A stretch of 64,000 nt of DNA from Bdellovibrionales bacterium. GTDB taxonomy: Bacteria; Bdellovibrionota; Bdellovibrionia; Bdellovibrionales; UBA1609. This document shows, in pieces, positions 45,664 to 54,475 of this stretch. Both the position numbers and the translations under genes were made by a program. Location: the NCBI GenBank assembly GCA_965203785.1, contig OZ241911.1:736540-800539 (forward strand), given 5' to 3'. The notes under the pieces are model-generated. The model searched no databases. It saw only the letters and a program-made list of their open reading frames with translations, and was not told the origin of the DNA. The stretch's first letter is position 1; every line of letters begins with the position of its first letter.

Positions 45664-45701
45664 CCCCTCTCATATCTTCTCGTACTCCCTTTTGTGGTGT
45701 G

Positions 45702-45764
45702 ATCTATACTCATTTTTCTACATATAATCTATAATTGCATCAATCTATACACATACAATCTATA
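45702..45764. repeat. Array of four (A)ATCTATA motifs upstream of tRNA-Ala
   Basis: Copies are at 45702-45708 (ATCTATA), 45726-45733, 45742-45749 and 45757-45764, with 15-24 bp spacing. On the tRNA-coding strand the motif reads TATAGATT. Confidence 0.5.
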
Positions 45765-45814
45765 TATTACTTTGTGCAATTCTTTTGCAAATAAATCTCT
45801 TTACATAATCATTT

Positions 45815-46744
45815 TTAACTTTGCAAACGATCAAATAATCGCCGTAAAAATAAGGGCGGACAAAACAACACATAAGCACACATCACAATTAAAGAAAAGA
45901 AATATAAACCAAAAGATATGGCAATTAATATGTGAAATAACACACCCAAAATTAATAAGGGAGATCTTAATCTGGGGATCCAAATTAAAACTGGAAAATA
46001 AATCTCAAACAATACAATAAAACAAGTTAATACTCCCGCTATTACAGGTAGAGATAATAAAAAAGCAATATCCATACCAGCTTTGTCGTAAGATAACAAA
46101 GCTTCTTTTAAAGCAGTTCCGTTCCACCAAGCACCTTCACGCAATTTTGTTAATCCTGAAAAAAAATACACTACGCAAAGCTGAATTTGTATTAAACGCA
46201 AAGCCAATGTATTCCACCAAGAATGAGCTAGTCTACGATCAGATACTAAACCCTGTTTTCTCTTGTTCTTAAAATAATCCACCCACTGAATTTGCCCGTT
46301 CGTATTGGCAAAAATTAGATAAAATAACCAAAAAACAGTGATCGCATCTGCCCCATATACAATGCTTGGATTTCTCTGAATAAATACCAAATGTAAAATA
46401 AAAGCGATCGCCACAAGCCACCGACTAGCAAAACCCAATGCCAATGCTAATAAAATTACTAAAAAAGATAAATAGGCAAAATAAAGCAATAAATCAGAAG
46501 ATAATATAAAATGCAAAACATGACTTACCTGAAGCTTGTGAAACATTTTAGCACTTGAACTGCTCATTAAACCCGATTCGTAAAAAAACATGCGGATATC
46601 AAAAAAACGCATAGAATATAAAATAAATAAAAACGAACATAACAAAAAACGAAACCCCGCCAAAGGGAAAACATCCACCGGCTTAAACCAAAAGTGATCC
46701 CACGCTTTAATAAATTGATTAAATCGAATGTTAATAAATTTCAT
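45815..46744 (-). CDS. HTTM-domain (vitamin K-dependent gamma-carboxylase-like) polytopic membrane protein
   Basis: 309 aa. 'WDHFWFKPVDVFPLAGFRFLLCSFLFILYSMRFF' is a typical HTTM N-terminus, and the protein has multiple TM helices. Confidence 0.65.
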   Translation of the reverse strand: MKFINIRFNQFIKAWDHFWFKPVDVFPLAGFRFLLCSFLFILYSMRFFDIRMFFYESGLMSSSSAKMFHKLQVSHVLHFILSSDLLLYFAYLSFLVILLALALGFASRWLVAIAFILHLVFIQRNPSIVYGADAITVFWLFYLIFANTNGQIQWVDYFKNKRKQGLVSDRRLAHSWWNTLALRLIQIQLCVVYFFSGLTKLREGAWWNGTALKEALLSYDKAGMDIAFLLSLPVIAGVLTCFIVLFEIYFPVLIWIPRLRSPLLILGVLFHILIAISFGLYFFSLIVMCAYVLFCPPLFLRRLFDRLQS

Positions 46745-46792
46745 ATTTTATATTTACTCCCAATTGTTTACTCCTTATTTTATTCCTCACCA

Positions 46793-47377
46793 TTACTGCC
46801 CTTGAATAATGTTGTTAATCATACGCTCTGTTTTCCTTCTTTCTTTTCTGCAAGAAGAATAACCAATCAACCACTCTCGCTGCTTTGGCTTCTTAGCACT
46901 AAAAGAAAAAGAACTGAGAGGAGCTTTTTTTGAATAAGAATGCTTTTTTAAAAGAACCCGTAACGATATTTCTTCAGCCGAAGGATGCAAACGGCATAAA
47001 TAAGGAAGAAAAGCTCTTCTAATATACCTTTTACGGATATTTAAAAAAAATCGGCTATGAGCAATTAAACGATTGTGATTAAAAAATACCCTTTTAGATT
47101 CTTTTCGAGAAGGAGGCCATTGATAAGTCTCTATAGAATTTTTTCTGGTTACATCATATTCTAAATAAAAATATCTACCTGGATCTAATGTATCACTTTT
47201 CCAATTTGAATCCATAGACAAAGACCTTGCATAAGAAGTTAAATAAGGACGAAAGAACAAATACGATGGGGATTGCTTATGAGGCATAATGATAATCACT
47301 AATAAATGATACACAATCCATAAAGATAAGATGATTTTTAAAAAAGGAATACTAGTTTTTAAGTTCTTTTTTTTCAC
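46793..47377 (-). CDS. Hypothetical membrane-anchored protein upstream of the HTTM gene
   Basis: ORF 46793..47473 overlaps scpB by ~90 nt. A GTG at 47377 sits 10 nt after a GGAG and just past the scpB stop, giving '(M)KKKNLKTSIPFLKIILSLWIVYHLLVIIIM...'. Confidence 0.4.
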   Translation of the reverse strand: MKKKNLKTSIPFLKIILSLWIVYHLLVIIIMPHKQSPSYLFFRPYLTSYARSLSMDSNWKSDTLDPGRYFYLEYDVTRKNSIETYQWPPSRKESKRVFFNHNRLIAHSRFFLNIRKRYIRRAFLPYLCRLHPSAEEISLRVLLKKHSYSKKAPLSSFSFSAKKPKQREWLIGYSSCRKERRKTERMINNIIQGQ

Positions 47378-47381
47378 TCTT

Positions 47382-48158
47382 TTAAGGCTCCTTTTGTGTA
47401 GTAGAATCTTGTGGAGTAGAGTTTTTGATAATCGGATTAGATATGGATACAGAACGAATTTTTTCAGAAACATATTTTAATTCACTGGCTGTGTTTTGTT
47501 GCTCCTGTTTTAGATGGTTTATAGTTTTTTGTGTGGGTAATTTTTTTAAAACAGAAGAAGATTCACTCTCAGTGAGTAATAAATCTTTTGTGTCTTCTAA
47601 AGAAGGTAAATCCTTAATTGTTTTTAAGCCAAAGATTTCTAAAAAACGAGAAGTGGTTTTGTAAGTAATCGACCGACCAGGTAACGAACTCTTAGGACCA
47701 AAACCAACTAACCCCTTCTCCATAAGAGTTTTTAACAAATGCCCCGATTCAACCCCACGCACATCATCAATGTCCACTTTTCGGCACGGCTGTTGATACG
47801 CCACAAAAGCTAATACCTCTAATGCTGGTGCAGATAACTGAAACACCCGCCCCTTAATTAGTCGGCGAATGTAATCTTTGTTTTCTTCTTTAGTTCTTAT
47901 TTGCCAACCCCCAGCTGTTTCTTGTAACTTTAATCCACTTGTTGCCAACTCATACTTTTTTGCTAAAGACAATAAAACTTTCTTAATAGTAGAAGTAGAT
48001 ACTTTTTCTATATGAAATAAGCGACAAAAATCGCGCATACTCATCGGTCGATCAAAAGTAAATAATGCACTCTCCATAATGGACATTAAATCTTGGTTCG
48101 ATAAAACCGAATTTTTTACAAAATCGTTTTTGGAATTTGACTCGTTTCCCATTTCCAC
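47382..48158 (-). CDS. scpB: Segregation and condensation protein B
   Basis: 258 aa with 'ESALFTFDRPMS', 'GGWQIRTK', 'LSAPALEVLAFVAYQQPCRKVDIDDVRGV' and 'LPGRSITYKTT'. Confidence 0.85.
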   Translation of the reverse strand: MEMGNESNSKNDFVKNSVLSNQDLMSIMESALFTFDRPMSMRDFCRLFHIEKVSTSTIKKVLLSLAKKYELATSGLKLQETAGGWQIRTKEENKDYIRRLIKGRVFQLSAPALEVLAFVAYQQPCRKVDIDDVRGVESGHLLKTLMEKGLVGFGPKSSLPGRSITYKTTSRFLEIFGLKTIKDLPSLEDTKDLLLTESESSSVLKKLPTQKTINHLKQEQQNTASELKYVSEKIRSVSISNPIIKNSTPQDSTTQKEP

Positions 48159-49018
48159 TCCCTTATATCCTTTATAACAGAAATTATAATATCTGAGAAA
48201 TGACTATCTTGACGCAAAGATACTATTCCCAAACGACTTAACTCCAATAAAGATAAAAAAACGACTAAAGTCTGAGAAAATACATTTTTACGCTCTGTTC
48301 CATCAATTAATTGGCTCATTTTCCATTGACTTCCAGCTGTGAGAAGCGAGCGAATGGCACGAATACTATCAGAAACAGATGGTATAGGTTGAGTAATTGA
48401 TACAATAGAACTCTGTTTAGATATTTGTGTTTTTTGATAAACTTTTAATAAATTCAAAGTCGAAAATGGTGTGTTTGGGGATAAATTATCTGATGATTGA
48501 CTGTCCGATGATTGGCTATCTGATGATTGAGAATTTAAGTTAATTGTTGGCATTTTTAAAACAGTTGGTATTCCTAAAGAATCATTTTTAGAATTACTTT
48601 TTTTGTTTTTTAAGTTATTAGACAAGGATAAAATGCTTTGCCTACTCCATACATCTCTTCCTAAAAGCGGGTGTTGGTATAAATGTTTAGCTATTTTTTG
48701 TAATTTTTGAACTCGTAAAAGATTTTTAACTAACTCTTGCTTAGGATCTGTTTGCATATCTTCCTCTTCTTCTTCACAAAGGTTTGTTGATACATCATTC
48801 GGGAGAAGACTTTTGGACTTAATGTAAATTAAAGTTGCTGCCATCTTAATAAAATCACCAGCAGAGTCTAAATCTGGTAGAGTTTGTGTTTCGATAAAAG
48901 TTAAGTATTGATGAGTAATTTTGTGAATATCTATATCCAAAATATCCATTTCTTCTCGTCGAATTAACTGCAACAAAAGGTCTAAAGGACCTGTAAATTC
49001 TTTAATTTGAACTTGCAC
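48116..49018 (-). CDS. scpA: Segregation and condensation protein A
   Basis: 300 aa with a GTG start and the typical ScpA N-terminus 'FTGPLDLLLQLIRREEMDILDIDIHKIT'. It carries an internal S/Q/D-rich insertion. Confidence 0.85.
   Translation of the reverse strand: MQVQIKEFTGPLDLLLQLIRREEMDILDIDIHKITHQYLTFIETQTLPDLDSAGDFIKMAATLIYIKSKSLLPNDVSTNLCEEEEEDMQTDPKQELVKNLLRVQKLQKIAKHLYQHPLLGRDVWSRQSILSLSNNLKNKKSNSKNDSLGIPTVLKMPTINLNSQSSDSQSSDSQSSDNLSPNTPFSTLNLLKVYQKTQISKQSSIVSITQPIPSVSDSIRAIRSLLTAGSQWKMSQLIDGTERKNVFSQTLVVFLSLLELSRLGIVSLRQDSHFSDIIISVIKDIREWKWETSQIPKTIL
48489..48533. repeat. 3 x 15-bp in-frame tandem repeat in scpA (SQSSD)3
   Basis: The plus-strand units are tctgatgattgactg / tccgatgattggcta / tctgatgattgagaa. 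Confidence 0.85.
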
Positions 49019-49261
49019 AAACTCTCCTATGTGGTGCTAATTTGTTGATTAAACTTTTATGATCTAAGAATAATCAAAAAATTGCTAAAGAGAAAGCAAA
49101 AGCTTTCTAAAAATAGATTTTTTATTCCATAAATCTGCTCTATTAGGCAATAAAAGCTCTATTAGTCAAATAAAATAGAATAGCTTGAATAAACTTTTTA
49201 AGTCAATTAAGATAAGTAACCACTTGGTGTTAGAGCTGCTGTGGAATTAATTCAGAAAACC

Positions 49262-49335
49262 GCGGGTGTAGCTCAGATGGCTAGAGTGCAACCTTGCCAA
49301 GGTTGAGGTCGTGGGTTCGAATCCCATCACCCGCT
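49262..49335 (+). tRNA. tRNA-Gly (anticodon GCC)
   Basis: It reads GCGGGTG-TA-GCTC-AGATGGCTA-GAGT-G-CAACC-TTGCCAA-GGTTG-AGGTC-GTGGG-TTCGAAT-CCCAT-CACCCGC-T. No CCA is encoded. Confidence 0.9.
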
Positions 49336-49479
49336 TTTAAGTATTTTTTTTATACCAACCTTTTATACTAAGCATCTTTACTAATCACCTTTAAATATTT
49401 TACAATCAAGTTTAATTTACCCCTAAAATAGATAAAGAAAAATGTAGATAAAGAAAAATGGTGGCAATCGAGTGGTAAG

Positions 49480-49893
49480 TTATAAAACAAAAAATCGATA
49501 AATACGAGTGACAAAAGAGCTACCTTTAAAGCTTTTGAACCGTGTTCGATTTAATACAGATAAAGCACATTGCAAAAATATTGGATCTTTTAATTCTGTA
49601 CTCACTAAACGAGTTTGTACTTTTCCTTTAGACGAAACCTCTACTTCAATCAACATAAAACCAGTTTCTTCACTTGTTTTGGTTTTTAAACATTTTTGGG
49701 TAATAAAATGCTTTTTTTTGTGTATCACTCGATCCATATAAGAGACTGATAAAAACTTTTGAGCTGTTTTTTTATAGAACTTAGAAGTGATGGTCAGGTT
49801 TTTGGTAGTGGTGGTAGCCATGCTTGTGGATGGTATAATAAAAAACATAATGGTTATATATAATAAAAAAATCACAATATAATAAAAACTCAC
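49480..49893 (-). CDS. Hypothetical exported protein
   Basis: 137 aa with N-terminal hydrophobic segment 'YYIVIFLLYITIMFFIIPSTSMA'. No family is assigned. Confidence 0.35.
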   Translation of the reverse strand: MSFYYIVIFLLYITIMFFIIPSTSMATTTTKNLTITSKFYKKTAQKFLSVSYMDRVIHKKKHFITQKCLKTKTSEETGFMLIEVEVSSKGKVQTRLVSTELKDPIFLQCALSVLNRTRFKSFKGSSFVTRIYRFFVL

Positions 49894-49957
49894 AACATAA
49901 TAACAACCAGTAACATATTTTTTTTAATTATTTTAGAGAAATGCTTCTGGCTGGCAC

Positions 49958-50515
49958 TCATCGAGAAGTGGAGTTTGAGTCGGAATCTTTTGAAGGAGGT
50001 TGGTTAGATCGAGATGATGGGGATTGTTGTTGGGATGATTTTTTTGTAGGTGATTGAGTAGGTGATTGAGTAGTGGATTGATTTTTAGAACTATCAGCTG
50101 GTTCCTCAGATTGAGGAGATTGAGAAGATTTTGAGTTAATTTGTTTGTTGTTTGAGGATGTTTTTTTTACAGATTGATTTGACGAATCTGAAGGGGCCGA
50201 CGAGTCAGCAGGAGGAGCAGATGATCCAGAAGAAGGGGCAGGTGAAGTTTGATCTGGTATGAATTGATCAATCACACTGGTATTTTTTTGAGAGCTTAAA
50301 CTTGCTAAACAAATAGAAGTTATGGCAAAAATAATTGCTGACCACTTGGTCACATTAACCAAAAACTGGTTGGCACCAGAACTACCAAACAAGCTTTTAG
50401 TGCCACTAGATCCGATGAGTCCAAAAGCTCCTCCTCCTTTTGGGTCTTGAAGGAGAATAAACGCCACCATAATCAAAGATGCCAATAAATGAATAACAGC
50501 TAAAAAAGTAAACAT
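49958..50515 (-). CDS. secG: Preprotein translocase subunit SecG with long S/P/Q-rich C-terminal extension
   Basis: 'MFTFLAVIHLLASLIMVAFILLQDPKGGGAFG...FLVNVTKWSAIIFAITSICLA' is a typical SecG two-TM core (~75 aa), followed by ~110 aa of low complexity. The ORF track starts 12 codons earlier, at 50551. Confidence 0.8.
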   Translation of the reverse strand: MFTFLAVIHLLASLIMVAFILLQDPKGGGAFGLIGSSGTKSLFGSSGANQFLVNVTKWSAIIFAITSICLASLSSQKNTSVIDQFIPDQTSPAPSSGSSAPPADSSAPSDSSNQSVKKTSSNNKQINSKSSQSPQSEEPADSSKNQSTTQSPTQSPTKKSSQQQSPSSRSNQPPSKDSDSNSTSR

Positions 50516-50657
50516 CCTCCTCTTAAATAAATCTTTTAATAAAAAAGTCAACTGACTTTATTTCCATTTGAGTATTTTTTTGGTAAAATGTCGTAGAATG
50601 TTTTTAAGCTAATCCGAAGGGGCTTTTAATCTGAAAGGTTTTTAAAGGGTTTTAATT

Positions 50658-51686
50658 ATGTCTTTATCTAAATCTTCTTTTCGTCGACCTGTGAAGTTTA
50701 CAGAAGATGTTTACAATATGCCGATTATGGAGTTAGTGCATCGGGCACATCATGTTCATCGTAAACATTTTGATCCAAATAAGATACAGACCAGCAAACT
50801 TCTTTCTATTAAAACGGGTGGCTGTCCAGAAAATTGTTCTTATTGCCCTCAATCTGCTCATTATAAAACGGGTGTTCAAAAAGAAAAACTAATGGATACT
50901 TCAGAAGTGGTGTCAGCTGCTAAGAAGGCTAAACAACAAGGAGCTACTCGGTTTTGTATGGGTTCTGCTTGGAGAGAAATCCCCAATGGTCCCTTGTTTG
51001 ATCGTGTTTTAGAGATGGTGTCGGCTGTGCGAGATATTGGAATGGAAGTTTGTTGTACTTTGGGGATGCTTTCACAAAATCAAGCTTTTCGCCTTAAACA
51101 AGCGGGTCTTTATGCCTACAATCACAATATTGATACTTCAAAAAATTTTTATCCAAATATTATTACAACTCGTAAATATGAAGATCGTATTCAAACAATT
51201 CATTATGTGAGAAAAGCGGGAATTACAGTCTGCACTGGTGGTATTATAGGAATGGGAGAAACTCATCAAGATAGGATAGAGTTTCTTCACCAATTAGCAG
51301 ATTTTCAGCCTCAACCAGAAAGTGTAACCATTAATAAACTTATTCCCATTCCCGGAACACCTCTTGCTCGTCAAAAACCTTTACCTCCTTTAGAAGTGGT
51401 TCGTGTTATTGCGAGTGCTCGGGTGATTATGCCACAATCTATGATTCGACTCAGTGCAGGTCGGACAGGAATGAGTGATCTGGATCAATTTTTATGCTTT
51501 TTTGTTGGAGCTAATTCTATTTTTATTGGAGAAAAGCTACTCACATCTGCTAATCCTCAGTTGGTAAATGATCAAAAAATGTTTCAACGATTGGGTCTGT
51601 CTGCCCAAAACGATAAACAACAATCTGATACACAATCTATGTTAAAAGTTTATAATCATGATGAAAGTTTTAGTCACAGGAGCTAG
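50658..51686 (+). CDS. bioB: Biotin synthase
   Basis: 342 aa with radical-SAM 'CPENCSYCPQS' and 'YNHNIDTS', typical of BioB. Confidence 0.93.
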   Translation: MSLSKSSFRRPVKFTEDVYNMPIMELVHRAHHVHRKHFDPNKIQTSKLLSIKTGGCPENCSYCPQSAHYKTGVQKEKLMDTSEVVSAAKKAKQQGATRFCMGSAWREIPNGPLFDRVLEMVSAVRDIGMEVCCTLGMLSQNQAFRLKQAGLYAYNHNIDTSKNFYPNIITTRKYEDRIQTIHYVRKAGITVCTGGIIGMGETHQDRIEFLHQLADFQPQPESVTINKLIPIPGTPLARQKPLPPLEVVRVIASARVIMPQSMIRLSAGRTGMSDLDQFLCFFVGANSIFIGEKLLTSANPQLVNDQKMFQRLGLSAQNDKQQSDTQSMLKVYNHDESFSHRS

Positions 51687-52629
51687 TGGTTTTTTAGGTC
51701 AATGGTTGTGCCAGGCTTTGGTGAGGGAAAAATATGAGGTGCATGCCTTAGTGCGACCCCACAGTTTGACACAAACTTTGCAATCTTTATCGGTGACTTT
51801 GCATACAGGGGATGTGACAGATTTACATTCTTTTTCTAAAGCAGCTCAAGGTATGGATGGGTTATTTCATTTGGCTGGATTAGTGGCTTATTCAGAAAAA
51901 CTTCGATCTCGTATGCAAGAAGTTAATGTTCAGGGGACAGCCCATGCTGTGGAAATTTGTAGACGGCAAGGGATTCGTCTCGTGTATATGAGTTCGGTTG
52001 TGGCAGTGGGAGCCAGTTCTACTCCACAGGTTTTGAATGAGCAATCTGATTATAAAATGGACTCTTTTCGTTTTGGTTATTTTGACACTAAAAAAGAGGC
52101 AGAAACATTGGTTCAAACAGCTTGTCAGAAGGGGGATTTATCTGCAGTCATTCTCAATCCCTCTAATGTATATGGAGCTGGGGATATGAGAAAATCTAGT
52201 AGAAAAACCCATATATGGGTGGCACGGGGATTGTTTCCCTTTTACACCGTTGGTGGCTTAAGTGTTGTGGATGTCGAATCGGTTACTGAAACAACTGTGA
52301 GAGCTATGAGTCAAGGTCGAATAGGGGAGCGATATATTTTAAGCGGAGACAATATTAGTATTAAAGAGTTATTTCATATAATCGCAAATTGCACAGGTGT
52401 TACCCCTCCATTTGTTTGTTTAGGAGATAAAAGCTTAAAAATAATTGGATGGATCAGTAAACTTTCCACTAGGTTGAGTAAAAAATCTTTTTTAGATAAG
52501 GATATTCGATTAGGGTGTTTGTATCATTGGTTTGATCATACAAAAGCTAGTCAAGAATTAGGTTTTTCTCCTCAACCAGCTCGTGCAGCCATCGAAAACT
52601 CTGTTCATTGGTGGAAAAACAACCAATGA
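51658..52629 (+). CDS. NAD-dependent epimerase/dehydratase (extended SDR) family protein
   Basis: 323 aa with Rossmann motif 'KVLVTGASGFLG' and the active-site region 'YFDTKKEAE' (YxxxK). Confidence 0.8.
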   Translation: MMKVLVTGASGFLGQWLCQALVREKYEVHALVRPHSLTQTLQSLSVTLHTGDVTDLHSFSKAAQGMDGLFHLAGLVAYSEKLRSRMQEVNVQGTAHAVEICRRQGIRLVYMSSVVAVGASSTPQVLNEQSDYKMDSFRFGYFDTKKEAETLVQTACQKGDLSAVILNPSNVYGAGDMRKSSRKTHIWVARGLFPFYTVGGLSVVDVESVTETTVRAMSQGRIGERYILSGDNISIKELFHIIANCTGVTPPFVCLGDKSLKIIGWISKLSTRLSKKSFLDKDIRLGCLYHWFDHTKASQELGFSPQPARAAIENSVHWWKNNQ

Positions 52630-52641
52630 GGATTAAATAAA

Positions 52642-54429
52642 ATGAAATCAGATATTTTTTTTATCGATTCTTTTACAAAAAATGTATGTGACGATCTTTC
52701 AAATACAATCCATAAGCTATTTAAAGTTACACTTTCATCATCTGAAGTGGCTCAACATTTTACTTCTCCCCCTCATCCGGATTGGGGTCATTGGGCATTT
52801 CCTTGTTTTTTCTTAAGTCGTTTAGTTAAAAAAAAACCTAACATTATTGCAGATCAAATAGCTTGTTCTTACAGACAACCTTCCTATTTGTTTAAAAAAG
52901 TAGTGAATCAAGGGGGTTATGCTAATTTTTTTTTTCAACCCTCTTTTTTAACTCAAGCTTTATTACTGCCCATCATTCAGGGTGAATTATTTAAAGTACC
53001 TATTAAATCGTGTGGATTACAGTTGATTGAATACTCTCAACCCAATACTCATAAAGAATTACATATTGGTCACTTAAGAAATTTATGTTTTGGTTTGGCA
53101 TTAACTCGTCTTTTAAAAAAAAGAGGTTGGTTGGTTACGACTTGCACTTTCCCCGGAGATATTGGAACTCATGTGGCTAAGTGTTTGTGGTATTTAAAAT
53201 ACCATAATCAAGAATCTCCTCCTCAAAAAGAAACACACCCTCCTTTTATACGCCGAGGTCAATGGCTTGGAAAAATTTATACGCAAGCTTGTTTAAAATT
53301 TGATGAAGATTTAAAAAATACTGAAAAAGCTCAACAAAACAAACAACATATTACAAAAATCCTACAAGACTTAAAAAATAAACAAGGTGAATTTTATTCT
53401 CTTTGGAATCAAACTAAACAATGGAGTTACGAATTAATTTTAGCTGTTTATGAATGGATAGGAGCAGATTTTGACAAATGGTACTGGGAATCAGAAGTGG
53501 ATCAACCATCTGTCGAGTGGGTTCAGCAACTGTATAAAAAACATAAGCTAGAAATGTCTGAGTCAGCTATTGGTCTAGACCTTAAGGAGTTAGGTTTTTG
53601 TCTTTTGTTGAAATCAGATGGTAACGGACTCTATGCAACCAAAGATTTATATTTGGCACAGCAAAAAATGAAAGATTTTAATCCCAAAGAAAACATTTAT
53701 GTTGTGGATCAAAGGCAAGAAACACATTTTCAGCAAGTGTTAGCTGTGTTGAAACATATTGGTTGTGATAAAACGGCTAGTTGTTTTCAGCATTTAAAGT
53801 ATAATTTTGTAGAATTACCATCTGGACCAATGAGCTCTAGGGCTGGCAATATCTTGCCCGTTATGGAGTTAATTCAAGACATGACTATCTATGCAAAAAA
53901 AAACTTTCTTCAAAAATATCAAAACACATGGGCAAATCATGAAATCCAACAAACTGCTGAATTGGTTACTCAAGGAGCTATTAAGTATGGGATGAATGAG
54001 CAAGATTTGAATAAAAAAATTATTTTTAACAGAAAAGAATGGCTGAACTGGAATGGAAGATCAGGACCTTATATTCAATATGCATACGCCAGGTCTTGTT
54101 CTTTATTAGAAAAATTTGGTGTTCTTAATCAATCGATTGCTTGCCCTCCGGCACTGTTAGACACTCGAGAAGAACAACAGCTTCTTTTACATTTGTCTTG
54201 GTTTAACTTGATTACAGAAAAAGCTGCCATTTATAAAAAAACTTCACCATTATGTAATTATTTATTTGAGCTGGCTAAAAAATTCTCCCAATTTTATCAA
54301 AACTGTCCGATCGGAAATCTCAAAGACCAACAGAAAAGAAATTTTCGCCTGTCTTTATCTCAAGCCACCAGAATGACACTCAGAGAAGGATTGTCTTATT
54401 TATCGATTCCTGCTCCCAAAAAAATGTAA
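52642..54429 (+). CDS. argS: Arginine--tRNA ligase
   Basis: 595 aa with 'NTHKELHIGHLRN' (HIGH), 'GNGLYATKDL' and a C-terminal DALR-type anticodon-binding region ending in Met. Confidence 0.9.
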   Translation: MKSDIFFIDSFTKNVCDDLSNTIHKLFKVTLSSSEVAQHFTSPPHPDWGHWAFPCFFLSRLVKKKPNIIADQIACSYRQPSYLFKKVVNQGGYANFFFQPSFLTQALLLPIIQGELFKVPIKSCGLQLIEYSQPNTHKELHIGHLRNLCFGLALTRLLKKRGWLVTTCTFPGDIGTHVAKCLWYLKYHNQESPPQKETHPPFIRRGQWLGKIYTQACLKFDEDLKNTEKAQQNKQHITKILQDLKNKQGEFYSLWNQTKQWSYELILAVYEWIGADFDKWYWESEVDQPSVEWVQQLYKKHKLEMSESAIGLDLKELGFCLLLKSDGNGLYATKDLYLAQQKMKDFNPKENIYVVDQRQETHFQQVLAVLKHIGCDKTASCFQHLKYNFVELPSGPMSSRAGNILPVMELIQDMTIYAKKNFLQKYQNTWANHEIQQTAELVTQGAIKYGMNEQDLNKKIIFNRKEWLNWNGRSGPYIQYAYARSCSLLEKFGVLNQSIACPPALLDTREEQQLLLHLSWFNLITEKAAIYKKTSPLCNYLFELAKKFSQFYQNCPIGNLKDQQKRNFRLSLSQATRMTLREGLSYLSIPAPKKM

Positions 54430-54475
54430 TAAAGGTATTGATTCTAAGATTTCATTAGCCGATAAGACAAACACT

